From Bdellovibrionia bacterium (GTDB lineage: Bacteria; Bdellovibrionota; UBA1018), in contig JBMSSC010000064.1 in NCBI GenBank assembly GCA_049424145.1, forward strand, positions 1-14,931: a stretch of 14,931 nucleotides of DNA, given 5' to 3'. Under the pieces are notes generated by a model that saw only the letters and a program-made list of their open reading frames with translations, was not told the origin of the DNA and did not search any database. Of the stretch, positions 14,595 through 14,931 are shown one piece after another; within the stretch, counting starts at the first letter, position 1; the number at the start of each line of letters is the position of its first letter. The position numbers and the translations under genes are program-made.

Positions 14595-14915
14595 ATGTTG
14601 GATCAAAACCTCAGTTGGTACTCAGGGCCTCTTCCCTTAGTCGAGTGGACTTCGGCCGGTCTTTATTGCCGAAAAGGAGGATTTGCCATTGATCCTCACG
14701 CAGGTGTGGAGACGGCCATCATCACGCATGCGCACAGTGATCACGCCAAAAGGGGATCAAAAAACTACATCGCGGAGGAATCCGGGTTAGGCTTACTGCG
14801 AGTTCGTTTAGGCAAGCGAATCTCAGTCAGGGGTGTCCCCTACGGTAAACCCTTTGAGTTGGGCCAAGTGCAGGTGAGTTTTCATCCGGCAGGCCATATT
14901 CTGGGCTCAGCCCAA
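14595..14915 (+). CDS. ligase-associated DNA damage response exonuclease (MBL/beta-CASP fold), 5' part only, truncated at the contig end
   Basis: Not in the ORF track; translated by hand: MLDQNLSW...TSAGLYCRKGGFAIDPHAGVETAIITHAHSDHAKRGS...VSFHPAGHILGSAQ, with the THxHxDH and PAGHILGSAQ motifs. Confidence 0.88.
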
Positions 14916-14931
14916 GATCGGAAGAGCGTCG
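14915..14931 (+). other. Illumina TruSeq adapter remnant (technical artefact)
   Basis: Terminal AGATCGGAAGAGCGTCG is identical to the start of the TruSeq read-2 adapter read-through sequence AGATCGGAAGAGCGTCGTGT. Confidence 0.95.

Overview
Bacterial chromosomal segment, probably Bdellovibrionota/Oligoflexia-like (inferred from a Bd3614-family deaminase and the general gene content). It ends in an Illumina adapter remnant, so the right edge is a contig end. Gene order: clpS-clpA, a small Lys/Arg-rich protein, a DUF4442 hotdog-fold protein, convergent aat (N-degron pathway), a GT2 polyprenol-phosphate glycosyltransferase, otsA on the minus strand, a divergent secreted Gly/Pro-rich repeat protein, a HAD hydrolase, an MnmC-like methyltransferase, a small secreted helical protein, a Bd3614-family deaminase, slyD, a mutT-like Nudix hydrolase, a CBS-DUF2267 protein and a truncated ligase-associated MBL-fold exonuclease. 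Most interesting: (1) a putative sigma54-driven, secreted elastin/collagen-like protein whose mature region has no D/E/R/H/N/C/T, transcribed divergently from otsA and followed by a triple-hairpin element; (2) an apparent internal duplication of the deaminase fold (inactive + active) in the Bd3614 protein; (3) recurrent leaderless-type promoters; (4) purine-rich 9- and 10-bp tandem repeats. All calls come from manual motif recognition; no searches were run.
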